Shown one piece after another: positions 35,996 to 50,000 of a DNA stretch of 64,000 nucleotides. How positions within the stretch are numbered: the first letter of the stretch is position 1; every line of letters starts with the position of its first letter. This stretch comes from Azolla caroliniana (lineage: Eukaryota > Plantae > Polypodiophyta). A program made the position numbers and the translations under genes. The notes under the pieces were generated by a model, which worked only from the letters and a program-made list of their open reading frames with translations, was not told the origin of the DNA and did no database searches. The stretch is from assembly GCA_043228905.1 (NCBI GenBank), contig JBHGNT010000003.1, positions 19,902,001 to 19,966,000 of the forward strand, read 5' to 3'.

Positions 35996-37767
35996 GGCAC
36001 TATATGCTGTGATGATGAATCGAACCAGATGGTCTAAACATAGAAGTGGTACTTCTTGCATCCATGTTCTTATTTATTAACTAGTTCCATAAACTTGTAA
36101 CTCCTGCTGGTCATCCGTCATAGGCATATTCTTCTGTATACATGGTCTACCATAGATTGCTATAATAAAAGAATATGTTAAGAGATATTTGTATGCTACC
36201 AAAAGAGACATATTTGACAAAACTTCTATCATGTATGATGACTGTTTGCAACCTGGGTCTCGTTGGTAGTTGTTCTGGCCATCCTCAACTGTTAAGATCA
36301 GGTGAAGTCAAAACTTTTGTTGAGAGCATAACATGTTTCATTTGAATTGACTACACATCCAATTGGCATACATGGTTCATGGTTGCAATTACAAGTAAAA
36401 AAGTGCCCAATTTTTTATTAAATTTTGCAACATATACACCTTGTAGTAATAAACTCATCATGGGTTGATGTTCGAATTCCATAGATTTGGTTTGCCTCTT
36501 AATTCGGACACAAATTTCAACTTGTAAGAAAGTAAATCTCAGGGAGGTTGTTAAAAGATGAGCTTTTGAGAGTGTGAGTAGTGTAATGCCAGGGAGATTT
36601 TCAGTTGGGCTGCTGTTGCTCACATTGATTAGTGGAATGGGGTATGTGTTGAAGCATTTTTGGTATATTTCCAAGTCCAGATTCACTCAAATCACATAAT
36701 CTTGACATTGTCTAATGCAAATCTATATTATATTGGTCATCCATTCTGAAAGCAGTTCATCATTCATTCGTATCATTTCCTTGACAGGATGCAGTAGTCA
36801 AGTTTCTTCCAGTCTAATTTTGAAATCTTGTAATGGAAAAAAGAGTACCTGTCATAAATTTATATGAAAAGGAGTTTTTAATATAAATCAGAAAAGTAAA
36901 AAAATTGTATCATCTACCTTGAATTTGGAATTCATTCAGGCTGTAGTTTAGAAATTCATTTAACCCGGATTTTGAATGGTAATGAGATGTTGCACATGAT
37001 CTTTATCTCCCTTGTGCTATCTAGTTGATAGTAGGTAAGTAATCAATATATGTTTTAGACCCCCTTCCATTTTGAAGAAGGGGAATATGGCTTGGATGGT
37101 AACATTTGTTGAAGTTTGCAAATACATAACTAACTTTGATATTGTTACTACAAAGGGATACAAAATATTGCACATTATGTTGTGTTTGTTAGGATTGTTG
37201 TGTACTAAATAATTGTGGATTCAAGAACCACCGATATAGGGGCTTGCACTTGAAGTTGAATTGCACAATTACTTAATTCTTTATTCAATAACCTGATCTC
37301 TTGGTTTAGTGCCGTGCCATTGGAAACACCATACAAATGTATCATATTGGCATTGTACATGCTTATCAGCCAGCAATGCTCCTCTCTGAGCCAAGATCAA
37401 ACTTCTAGCTAGTAATATCAAGGCTTGTTGGGTGATCTTAATTGGCTCTTGTGTTGGTTTAGATTGTCAAACCAATGAATCTTCTTCCATTTTTTGTAGC
37501 ACTCACAAACTAAAGCTATCATTGTGGTTTTGATTATCAATCTTTTGAAGATTCCTCTTAACCTCCATTTAGAGATCCCTCTTAACTATAAAGAATGGAG
37601 GTCCAATGATTCATGCAATGTATTAGTTGTGAAAGCTTTTATTAATAGTCATGGGAATATACTAGGAGTAGGGAATGAGTTATAATTGACCACAAAGCAA
37701 TAAACATGCCTACACAATTGAATGACTACACATGGGAATAGTATGACAACCCCTCAACCACCTATGT

Positions 37768-37769
<2 letters not shown>

Positions 37770-37820
<51 letters not shown>
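37770..37820 (+). repeat. (AG)n microsatellite
   Basis: Direct read. Confidence 0.95.
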
Positions 37821-37830
<10 letters not shown>

Positions 37831-37989
37831 TTGGTGATATTGTGAGTTTGCATCTTTCTTATGGTGGACAAAATGGTGGCACAAGCATTGACTGATGATT
37901 CTTTTATGTTTCTACAAGCCTCAAAAGAAAATCTTGAAAGGATTACGCAAGTTTGGGACCAATTTGCCTTGGCTTTGTTGGACACAACA

Positions 37990-39700
37990 ATTGGCAATAG
38001 TTGATTTCAGTTAGTAGCTTCAGGGAAAGGTTTGAACCCATGCCTATGGCATTCTATTTTCAGGCGTCTTTCTTCACTTCCATTACGAGTAGCATTCGCT
38101 TAGGGTTGCATATATTTTGAGGAAGTCTCACCTTATTGCTTGTACAGAGAGTTAATTGGAATGTTGGGATAATGAGGGTCAATGATTACATGAGGATCAA
38201 TTTATCAGCATTGGGGGTGTCCACTGGGTGTTGATGTTACAAATGTTCAATTGATTGATTAGGTTGGTTGTAAATTGAAGGATAAATTTATGTAGTAGAA
38301 GACTCAATTATGACCCTTTCATGCACGACTCAAAGTGATGCAATGTATCTTGATACCTATGTTATTATATTTTCTACCACTACTCTCTTGGACTAAGAAG
38401 GCATTACAAACATTTTTGTAACCTCTTCAGTTCATGTTAGTTCATGTTGTGGTGGAAGGGAGAAACCATGGGAGTAAGATGAATTTCATGGGACTATTTG
38501 GCTACTCCCAAATGGTTAGGTGGTGTGGCAATATTAGATTTGGAAATGCATTTGATGGCTCGTAGATTTGCATTATTACGAGATGTGTTAGCAAGATGAA
38601 CCATGGATATCTATAATGCAATGTTTTATTGAGCATGAAAGGTGGTGCATGGGAAAACAAAGGTTCAAGCACCGTGGTGGTCATTACTCAATGGATGTAT
38701 TCCTCTAAATATTCAATACGGGCAACAATTGGTAAGGTCATGGCAAGATGTATTATCTTTTCTTGAGTGAGCACCATCAAGTGATTGAGAATTTTGTAAT
38801 CATTACAAAATGAATTGCTCTTTTCTTCTGGAGCGTTCCATTGGCATAGAAAAGGGAAGCTACGATCTCAATTAACTCGTTTATTTTGATTGGGGGTTGT
38901 AGATTTGGGAGATGTGGTTGGTGATAGATAGGGCGAGTATATTATTATCTATATTAATATATATTATATAGGTAGACCTTACGAGTTTTAGAGAGGTGAA
39001 ATGGAATGAATGAATGAATGGGTGGTGGTGGTGGTGCTCATATTGATGATGATGATGATAATGATAATGATAATGATGATGTGGGGATGATGAATACATG
39101 TGGACCCTAAATTCCATGTAATCCTCCCAAGCTTCATTCCCCGGGACTGAACAAAAAAGTCCTTTGGATCTTCTTCTCCTATATATATATATAAATAGAT
39201 AGTAGTTCGTTTGGGGGGGGGGGGGAGGCCATATGGAGAGTCATGATTGGTAGGCTCCCATTAGGTTCAGTTTTAAAGAGATGAGGACTAGGGTTAGGCA
39301 CATGCTTCTTTTGCACCATTTAGTTGGAGGACAATACACATAAGTTCATTAAATGTCTTATGGCGTCTACCATTTGGAAGTACTTATAAGACATTTGGCA
39401 AGTTTTAACCCGTTGTTATTTGAGGCCTCAACAATGGGTTTTTTCTCAATATGTTCAAAATGGTCCAAATGACAAGCTGGAGATATTGTTCCAATTTTTA
39501 CGATCACGGGGATTGCAACACAATTGGAATATGGGTAATGCTTTCATGTTTGATAGTAGACATGGGGTGAAAGCCTATACGAAGAAGTTGAAAAACATTC
39601 TTATGTGGAATTTTGGGATGCTAAAGCATGTGGGGATTATTTCCTGAAGCGCATACTCAGATTTTATATTAGCTTTATAGGACGTCCCTCTCCCTACATA
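37990..39700 (+). mobile_element. Heavily decayed L1-like LINE ORF2 remnant
   Basis: Fragments such as PFHARLKVMQCILIPMLLYFLPLL; many stops; interrupted by simple repeats. Boundaries approximate. Confidence 0.4.
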
Positions 39701-40281
39701 GGTAGAGAAGACTAAGAAGTTGTAACAAGTGGATTTTTCATACAATTACTATAATTGTGTGCTTTTACCAAAGAAGAAGAAGAGAAAGGAATCAAATAAT
39801 TAAGGATATGCCATAAGTTGGGTGATTAACCTCTAGTGCTTCCCCATTGTTATTAGTAGAGCATTGCTCCTAATTAATTTGTGTTGAGCGGCAAGCTCAA
39901 CCGGAGCCGGATCGGCTGAATAAGCCGGAGCCGGTAAGCGAAACGGATCGGTATGACGGTGAGCAACCGAACCGGCAAGCAGTGGAGGCCGGGTGCAATC
40001 CGTAACCGGCAGTCCAATCGGAAGCCTAGAATAGGATAGACTACTAGGTATCTATAGTCTCGTAGTAAGTGTCAGATGCTCGTGTGAGCATTGAAGTACA
40101 TGGTACTTCCGTCAGTCCCAAGAGGACTTGTATAAATAGTGCTACTTAGCACAGTGTGTAAAAACACAGAGCCTTAATATAATTTTGAAATTACGTTCTG
40201 CTCTCTCTGTCTCTCTCTGTCTCTCTCTCTTTCTCTCTGTGTGTTCTCTGTTTTACGCTTCCGCAAACACTTACGTTTTCA

Positions 40282-40293
40282 TGGTATCAGAGC
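40282..40293 (+). promoter_or_regulatory. Primer-binding site (initiator tRNA-Met)
   Basis: TGGTATCAGAGC immediately after the 5' LTR. Confidence 0.95.
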
Positions 40294-43200
40294 GCGAGGG
40301 TTGAGAACCTCTGCTGCAGACATTTACTCTTGAGAATAAAACCCTAACAGGTCGAGAACAGACACAGTAGAAGACATGGATAGAGGCATGGCTACGTCGC
40401 TCCCGGTGGAGAAGCTCGACAGGAGCAACTACGCATCCTGGTCTTACAAGATGCACCAGTACCTGCTTGGACACGGGTACTGGAGTGATGTCGAAGGAGC
40501 GAATGATGCGGCGCCAGACTCGGCACACAAGGACTTCCCGGTATGGGAACAGGCGGCAAGCAGGGTGATGTACTGCTTCGCATCCAGTGTTGGCGATCAG
40601 CTACTCAGCCACATCCGTGACGCCAAGACACCGAAGGATGCTTGGGGGAACCTGAAAAAGGTTTTCGCCGCAAGCACCACTGCCCGGAAGCTGCAACTCA
40701 GACATGAGTTGAGCAATGTTCGACAGAAGAACATGTCCGTCGCAGACTACACGGGCCGGATAAAGGAGATTTGCGACTCACGACGAGATGGTGCAGGTAT
40801 GTCTCGGAGGCCTGGCGTCCAAGTTCGGAGCATTCCGGACTGCGGTGTGTACAAGGGAGAATACCCCCTCATTCTTCGACTTACAGTCGATGCTCCTTGT
40901 AGAGGAGAACCATGCCGGTGCATCTACCAGTGCATCCCCGGACAACCGGATGCTGTACACGGGAACGGATCGGCACTGTGGGCGTGGTGGAAGAGGTGGG
41001 TCGGCACGCAATGGAGGCGGCCGGCAAGAGCAGGAACGGAGGCACTATGAGTGTGCCGACAGCAGTTCCGGGACTTCCACAAGCAGGGGGAGTCAAGGCG
41101 GTGCCGAAGGCCGGCAAGACAAATCCGCTACGGAATGCTGGTACTGTGGCAAAAAAGGCCACAGGGAAAGCGAGTGCTGGAGAAAGCATGCCGATTCGGA
41201 CAAATCCGGCGGCAAGACCGGTAAGGATGGCCGACAAAACTCGCACTACGCAAACGGATCAGGAGGATCCGGAACCGGAAAGGCCGATAAGGGGCCACCC
41301 TTGGTGATGAATCACAAGGCAAACTCAATGAAGAAGACCACTTCCAAAACGGAGGAAGTGTGGTATGTTGATTCCGGCGCGTCGAACCACATGACGAGCC
41401 ACAAAGAGTGGTTCTCCTTTCTGGAGAAACCAGATCAACCAGGAGTAGTCGAAACCGGAGACGACACTCCTCACCCAATCGTGCACGTCGGAGAAGTCCC
41501 TCTAAGCCACGTCGGACAGAAAGGGAAGCTGATGAACGTATTACACGTTTCGACAATCACGAAGAACCTGGTGTCCGTCGGTCAGATTGTCGACCAGGGG
41601 ATGCAGGTGTGGTTTATGCACCTTGGGTGCTTCATTGAGGATGAAGGCGAAGTCATTGCGCAAGGGCGCAGAGACGGGAGGATGTTTATCCTCAACACCA
41701 ATGACATTGGCACCGCTCTGTTCGCGAAACGACAGAAGGTCGAGTCGGACATCGACCTATGGCACAAGCGGATAGGCCACGTCAACTACCAGAGGCTTCA
41801 AGACCTGCAAACGAAACAAGTCGTTTTCGGTTTGCCAAAGTTCAGCGGCCGGAGAGCCGAAATTTGTGAAGCCTGCCAACTTGGGAAGCAACACCGGCTT
41901 CCATTTCCCACCGAATGGAACCGGAGCCGTAACAAGCTCGATCTCATCCATTCGGACGTGTGGGGACCGGCACAAAGTGTAAGCCTTGGCGGGAACCGGT
42001 ACTTCGTCTCCTTCATCGACGACTATACTCGACATACTTGGATCTACCTCATTGAGCGGAAGAGCGGAGTCTTCGACTGTTTCCGGAGCCTCTAGAAGAT
42101 GGTGGAACGGGAATCGGAGAGGAAGATCAAATGCCTTCGGTCGGATGGCGGAAAGGAATATTTTTCCGGCCAATTCACTAGTTATCTGCAGCAGAAGGGA
42201 ATTCGGCGAGAGTTCAGCTGCAGATACACACCGGAGCAAAATGGTGTGGCCGAAAGGAAGAACCGGACACTCGTCGAAGCGGCATGGACAATGCTGGAGG
42301 AGAAGAGCATGCCCCGGTTCTACTGGGCGGAGGCGGTCCAGACGGCCATCTACATACAAAACCGCATTGGTGACAAGGTGTCAACTCATGAGCTGTATTT
42401 CGGGCGCAAGCCGAACTTAAGACACCTTCGGATATTCGGCAGCCTAGCGTATGTGCATGTGCCGGATCAGAAGCGGAGGAAGCTGGATGCAAAATCGGAA
42501 AAATGCATCCTAGTCGGCTATGCTCAAGAGCAAAAGGGGTATAAGTGCTATAACCCCCGGACGAAGGAAGTCCGAGTTAGCCGGGATGTCGAGTTCGATG
42601 AATCGGCATCCTGGTACTCCGTACCGACTCCGACTTCTGATCCCGACCGAATGCCGGAAGATCAGGCCAGTGAACCTGAATCAGCCTTGGAAGAGGATGA
42701 TGAAGCCGGGACTCAAGATGAGAGTCCGGAATCGTTGCGGTTGAGTGGACCGAACGAGCGACTGAGTCGGTTGGACCAGTCAGATGAAGAGACGGCAAGT
42801 GGTGGAGACTCTGCCGTGCTCTCCCGCGCAAGGAACCAAGGAAACGGTTCACGCGCAAAGAGAAGGGGAAGAGGAAGATGTCGGAATTCGAAACCGGCAA
42901 CGATGAGTCGGATCGGTGCATATCCGACTCCGGAAAGGAGAAAGGCAGATCTTCGGCAACGAAGACCGAACTGGCCAAGAAGGGCCTCAAATCAGGTGAC
43001 GGTGCGTTGCGCCGATCAACCCAATAGAAGGATCCCGTCGTGCGGTACAGGTACAATGAATACATGGCGCATCATTATGCGTACATGACTAAGGTGACAG
43101 AAGTGCACGAGCCGGAGAGCTACGCAGAAGCAGCAAAGGACGCACATTGGCGTGCCGCTATGGACGAAGAAATGCGGGCACTCGATGCCAACGAAACTTG

Positions 43201-45370
43201 GGACCTAGTTGATCCTCCCCGTCAGTGTAAACCGATCGGATGCAAGTGGGTGTACAAGGTCAAGTACAACGCCGACGGTTCTGTTAACCAGTACAAAGCC
43301 TAGTTAGTGGCGAAGGGATACGCACAGACCCACAGAATCGACTACGATGAGACCTTCGCTCCTGTGGCGAGGATGACGACGGTTCGTGTGGTATTGGCGG
43401 TTGCTGCGGCAAGGGGGTGGCATCTTCACTAGATGGATGTGAAGAATGCCTTCCTTCAAGGAGAGCTTGAAGAAGAAGTCTTTATGACTCAGCCCCCCGG
43501 ATTTCACTCGGAGATGAACAAGTCGGCGGTATGCCGACTGAAGAAGTCGCTTTACGGCTTGAAGCAAGCCCCCCGAGCTTGGAACGCGAAGATCACGCAC
43601 CGGTTGCGTAAGCTGGGGTTTGCTGTCTCTAAGTCGGACTCTTCGTTGTTCATTCGGCAAGGCTCTGACGGTCTGGTATGTATACTCTTGTATGTGGATG
43701 ATTTAGTCATCACCGGACCGGGTCTTCCCGAAATCAACCGCGTCAAGTCCCAGTTGTCGGACGCATTCGAAATGAAGGACCTGGGGGACCTTCATTATTT
43801 TCTCGGGATCGAAGTGATCTGGACCCCCGACGGCATATTGCTCTCACAACGACATTACGTGTTGAATATGTTGTATAAGTTCGGCATGACGGATTGCCGA
43901 CCTGTCTCCACACCCCTGGACCGGAACCAGAAGCTCTGTCCCAACTCCGGACCGGTCTGCAATGAGAAACGGTTCCGACAGGTTGTCGGAAGCCTGATCT
44001 ACTTAACCATCACCCGACCCGACATCAGCTATCCGGTCGGCATGGTAAGTCGGTTCATGCGGAAGCCAACCGTGGAGCACCTTCAGTGCGCGCAACAGAT
44101 ATTACGGTATGTCAGCGGCACTAAGGACCGGGGTCTGCTATACCGGCGAGGTATACCCAAAGTGCTTGTCGGTTACACAGATGCTGACTGGGCCGGCGAT
44201 GCGTCTAATCGCCGCTCCACTTCCGGATACATGTTCTCCATAGGTAGCACGGCCGTTGCGTGGAGCAGCAAGAAGCAACCCACTGTGGCTTTGTCAAGCA
44301 CTGAGGCTGAGTACCGGGCCGCTACTGTTGCCACTTGTGAAGCCATCTGGCTTCGGCGACTGCTGCGAGACTTGCGGATCGAGGTACCGACCCCAATCCC
44401 GATTTACTGCGATAACATGAGCAGCCTGCAACTCGCCAGGAACCCCGTGTTCCATGCTCGCACAAAGCACATCGAGGTGCACTACCACTTCGTGCGTGAG
44501 CGGGTCCTGAGCGGTGAAGTTGACCTACGGTATGTTCATATGGATCGACAGGTTGCCGACATCTTCACCAAGCCGCTCGGATCGGACAAGTTGCAACACT
44601 TTACCGACATGCTTGGTGTTCAGCATCTCGACGTGCCGCACTTGAGGGGGAGAAGCAAGGACAAAGTCTCTACCGAAACGGGCAAAGGCCAACAAACTGT
44701 TGAACCCGTCGGTAAGAGGAGAGCCGGAAGAAGAGGAGACAAGAAAATAAAGGAAGCCGAGTCGGCGAAGGAAGTCGACACATCCGAACAGGTCGGAGCA
44801 AGCGGCTGTGAAGAAGAGTTGTGCACTCAGGAAGAGAAGTGCATGTTGTGCGGAGGTCATCACGACGGTACTGACCATGATACAGAGCCGAATGAAGAAT
44901 TCGATTTCGGTTCACCGGCTGAAGAAGCCGAGGGAAGCATGGAGAAGGCCAAGACTCGGAAGTGGTCCGATGTGGTGAGAGGCCTGAAGTCGGAAGTCGA
45001 ATCGGAGTGTACCGATTCGGACAAGAGCTAGAACGAGTCGGAGACAGTTGACTCGGATCAACAAATGGATCCAGATGAGTCGGATCAACTGAAGACCAAG
45101 GGGACACGGACACAGCGGAAGTCGATGCCATCGTGGGAGAACCGACGGATCGGCAAGCGCCGGAGTCACAGCAACGTGAGTGCTAAGATGGGCCTATTGA
45201 GCAGACATGCCGACCGAGAGGGTCAAGGCGCGCAAAACCGAGAGGGTCACGGAAAACGGGACCGGACCGGACGAGGAGCGCGAGCAAGGCGGAGTGACGC
45301 CAGGAGAAGTCGGTTGAAAGAACCGACTGCCACAGAGGTCGACGCTAAGACCCCACCTCAGGTTGAGCTT

Positions 45371-45379
45371 GAGGGGGAG
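45371..45379 (+). promoter_or_regulatory. Polypurine tract of the copia element
   Basis: GAGGGGGAG immediately before the 3' LTR TG. Confidence 0.9.
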
Positions 45380-47075
45380 TGTTGAGCGGCAAGCTCAACC
45401 GGAGCCGGATCGGTTGAATAAGCCGGAGCCGGTAAGCGAAACGGATCGGTATGACGGTGAGCAACCGAACCGGCAAGCAGTGGAGGCCGGGTGCAATCCG
45501 TAACCGGCAGTCCAATCGGAAGCCTAGAATAGGATAGACTACTAGGTATCTATAGTCTCGTAGTAAGTGTCAGATGCTCATGTGAGCATTGAAGTACATG
45601 GTACTTCCGTCAGTCCCAAGAGGACTTGTATAAATAGTGCTACTTAGCACAGTGTGTAAAAACACAGAGTCTTAATATAATTTTGAAATTACGTTCTGCT
45701 CTCTCTGTCTCTCTGTCTCTCTCTCTCTTTCTCTCTGTGTGTTCTCTGTTTTACGCTTCCGCAAACACTTACGTTTTCAATTTGATTAAGATGTGAGCAT
45801 AGCCAAGCTTTATGTAACTTCCTTTGATTAATGTACTTTATATGTTATCCCCTCTAATACTCTCAATCGAGCGTGTGCATTAGTGAATTGTTATGCTAAT
45901 CATTCTACATTCTAGCTTAGGAAGTCCAACAATCATACCTATCTTTGTCGCCTGTTTTTGCCACCTCTCTTTGTCTATGATCGTCAATTGGTGACCACAC
46001 AAACTACATGAATAAACTCCTCTAGATGTCATTCATTCCCCATGTTTGAGCCCATGAAGACTTATGACATCATTGATGACCAAGGTAGCAAGTAATTGAC
46101 ATAGATGGCTAATAATTTACTTAGAGAAGTGATTTAGATTATTCTTGCTCATATATATTAATTTTTGAGTTTGATTGATTCTATTTCAAAATGGGCTTGG
46201 GAGATCTCCAATAGCAATTGCATTGTGCGTCAAGATTTAAAATAGCACCATTCCATGTTCTAAATGGATTTCCATGAGCAAAAGTATCACATGCTACATG
46301 TTGCAAATTCGAAGCCAACTTTTGCTTCATGACATGCGTATACCATTGAAGAAATAGGGACATGGTTGTATCACATACATCATAAATATGCTATGCTTCA
46401 ATCCCATGTTAGGTTTTAATTTAATACATGCAGCCTTAGAGAGCTAAGTTATGGGCTTTCCAATCATGTAAATTTTCTTTAGTGGTGGTTTTTGTTGAAA
46501 CATCGGATGAGAGACTATAAGAGAAATACAAGAGAAACGCATAAGAGAAACACTTGCTAATAATTATCGAACCCGACATCTAGACGCCTCATTGTACAAC
46601 ATGGGTGTGAAGAATATGCATCCAACTCAGGAATCCGCAATCAATCTACACTCACAATAATTCCCATAATAGGGATCACAAAATATCGTCAAGCTCCTTG
46701 GCAAAGAATCATCGGTTATTGTGTAAGACAAATTCGTAATTTTTAGTAAGCAAGAAGGAAAATATGTGGGACTAACACTCTGAGGTAGGGAGTATTCTTA
46801 CCCAACAGAAATGACAAAGTAGAGTTGCTATTCAGGCAAAATTATATCAACTGTTCCGAGCAATGTTAATAGAAACCTCGCTCAACACTGTATTGACTGG
46901 TATATAATTGCATGGCCCTCAATTTTCCATTTTGTCACGGTACTATATGCTTCATCTGAGTCATTTACAATTGATCAACGGATTTGGGGCAAGGTAAATA
47001 AATATTTACAGTTCCTTGCATTTATTTCAATGGAAAAAATACAATTCAGCCAAATTGGAGCAGATGACCTAATGA

Positions 47076-50000
47076 TTAAATAACATGAGCTTCATTCTTT
47101 AGCTTATCCAGAAGCTCATCAACTGATGATAGGACAACTCCTGCTTTCCTTTTCGGGGGTTCCACAACTTCAAGAATCTCAAGATCCTCTGACACCTCTA
47201 CTTGTAGATCCTCAAGTGACAACTTTGTTATTGGCTTCTTTTTTGCCTTCATAATATTTGGGAGAGTTGCATAGCGTGGTTGATTCAATCGCAAGTCTGT
47301 GCTGGAAATTTCAAAAGGAATTTCAAAAACCCATGGCAATGAAATATTGGTTGCTTTTCAGCATTACAAATATCTTATCGGTAGTATTAAATGGAGGAAC
47401 TTCAATATGAGACAGTAATATGGACACCAAAAAAGCAGTCTTGCTCATTTAAATATTCTATCAATGCTTTGCTTTTGACTGTATTGACATATTCCAACAA
47501 AACACATCTGACAATACAGAAACAAAATTGAGAAGCACATATATGCTGCCAACAGAAGACAGGGAATAGGTAGCTGAATTTAAAATATAAGTTTGAAGGA
47601 TAAATGAGAAATTTCAGATTCAATGGTTCACAAGTTCTCCCCCTGCTTGTCTGAACTCCATCTTGGTTTGTTAATTATACAACAATTATCATATGTTTTT
47701 CAACAGGAAAAGGGATCTTACGTTATAACAGCTGGAAGACTTAGACTTAGTCTTTCAAGGCCTCCATCTACTTCTCGTTCCACCATAACACGTTCCTTTT
47801 CTTTCTCTACGACCACCTGCATTAAGATTGTTTCTAATATGAATTGACATAAGATGTAGGAAGGACCAACTTCAAAAAATCTATTTACTAATATAGATCT
47901 CTCATAAAACCTTAGATGCAAAAGTCCCCTGAGGCCACTTAAGAAGCCCAGCAACCATTTGGCCAGTCTGATTACAATCATCATCAATCGCCTGCACCAA
48001 GAATATAATTAGAAGGATGCATCTTAAGGAAACCTTAAAAGACATAATAATTCAATCTTATACAGTTTTTGAAAGATTTCTAATAGGCTCCTTATAGAAG
48101 CTTTGGGATGGCAGCAAGTCTCCCAAGTTCTGACAGCTAGCTTTATTTTCCAGACCTAACAAAAAAAATACATTTTGCTTTGATGATATTTGACCTGGCA
48201 CTAAAATCCACCTGGGGATCCTAGGACTTGCTTGTCGGTGGGAACAAAGAGGTCAACAAGAGAGTGATTGTGAAGTTAATGCACCAGTTGAGATAGCTCT
48301 TATGGTTAGAAACCTCTTGTAATGAGATAAACTCAGTAGAGAATGCTAATGTTTTGGACAAACACTTCAAGGCACTGAGGTGTACCCATATTTGTTCACT
48401 AAGAAGCGCATGATTTTAGAGCACCATCATACCATCCTTCTGTTAGAATCACGTCTTACTGAATTTCTTACATAATTATTTTTTCAACCATTGTATCTAC
48501 GTGTCCATCATTCTAAAGATCCTATTCCATGCAATTGCTAACATGCTATCAAATGTGTTCTGCACTTGTTAGTCAACAGGAATTTGGAGTAGGAGATTCG
48601 AGAAAATGTCCCAGAGATTAAGACAAAAATTGTGAGTACATGGTCAAGCTGAACAGACAGTACCAAATGGATATTGACCCCCTGGTTGGTCAGGGTCATA
48701 ACCACCGGGTGCTTTCGGAGATCAAGCTTGGTGGAACAAACTACACATTCTGGCAATTCAAGATGACCACTATTTTGGATTCCTATAAGCTTCTAGACAC
48801 CATGATCAGAATCGATGCAGAGCCAATGGGATCTCTCGATCCTGAGAACCCAACTGGCCTAATCCCTCCTATGAGAGGTGGATGGGAGGAATGCGAACAA
48901 CATATAAGGCAGTGTTATGGGCATCACAGATTCAGTGTTGGAGATTATTTAGCACATATTAAAAGCAGTGCATGGTAGACAAATTTTTTGGAATTAGTAT
49001 ACAATACAGAATGAGATCAGCATCCAAAACCTAGAAAATCAATCCTCCATTGAGCAGATGGTGTAAAAGGAGAAGGCAGAAATATTTATTAAGAGGATAA
49101 AGCACCTTGGAGACTAGGTGGTTAGAGTCGAGTGGGTGTATTATAGAGATGTAGTTGCAGGGAGATGTGTTCATGCCTTGAGCTCAATGTTTAACAACAC
49201 TGAAGAGTGGAATCCTTTGCTTTCATTAAGAGGAGTTCTCTGTGTTAATTTAGGAGGTGAAGCTGCAGATAGGGATTTGTCATTAACTGAATATGGAGCA
49301 TTTTATATTGAATAGGATAGAGAAATTGTACAGTCAAATACATGTTTCAATGGGAAGGGTGCTCATAAATGTGATAGTCAAGGACAAACCACCCAAGAAG
49401 ACTGCAAAGTCGAAGGCCAAGAGTCCCAGGATTTTGATTTGGTGTCAGCCAAAGAAAACACGGCCCACTGGCGTGCATGTGTGTGTGTAAAATACTGGAG
49501 ATACACAATATATCGTCATGACATGGCATTCTCATTAAAGATTAAGGACACCTAAAGGGGATACAAATTTATTACAATATATAAAGATGTACCGTCATGA
49601 CATGGAGTTTTCATTAAATATAAAGGATGACTAAAGGGAATACAGGTTTATTACAATATATAAGGATGTACCATCATGACATGGGGTTCTCATTAAAGAT
49701 TAAGGGCGACTAAAGGAGGTAGAGGTTTATTACAATATATAAGAATGTACACAATGATATTTGCATCCTCAGTGCTCTTATATCTAATTTCACTTTTATT
49801 TTATTCTCTTTTTTCTGAATAGTTCAAAGTCAAACACATTGTACTCAATTAGTCCCGTAGGTCAAGTTCAGCCTATTGTGGACATTAGCAAGACTCTTTC
49901 TCCCCATCTGAATTATGATCGAGTTCAGCATATCATGGCATCAATAAAATCTTTATCTTTTGCTTCAAGGAAAGATGCATTGTGTTTCTTATACCTAAAT

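Larger units (their letters stand above)
39882..45779 (+). mobile_element. Structurally full-length Ty1/copia LTR retrotransposon with a disrupted gag-pol
   Basis: LTRs 39882-40281 and 45380-45779 (400 bp, TG..CA); TSD ATTTG on both sides. Gag, Zn knuckle CWYCGKKGHRESEC, protease WYVDSGASNH, integrase LIHSDVWGP/LRSDGGKEY, RT MDVKNAFL/LLYVDD, RNaseH YTDADWAG. Stops at 42093, 43025, 43301, 43430; frameshifts near 40780 and 42825. Confidence 0.97.

Noticed and set aside
40271-45169. Numerous antisense and alternative-frame ORFs in the copia element
   Set aside because: Expected shadow ORFs of GC-rich coding DNA; no recognisable domains.
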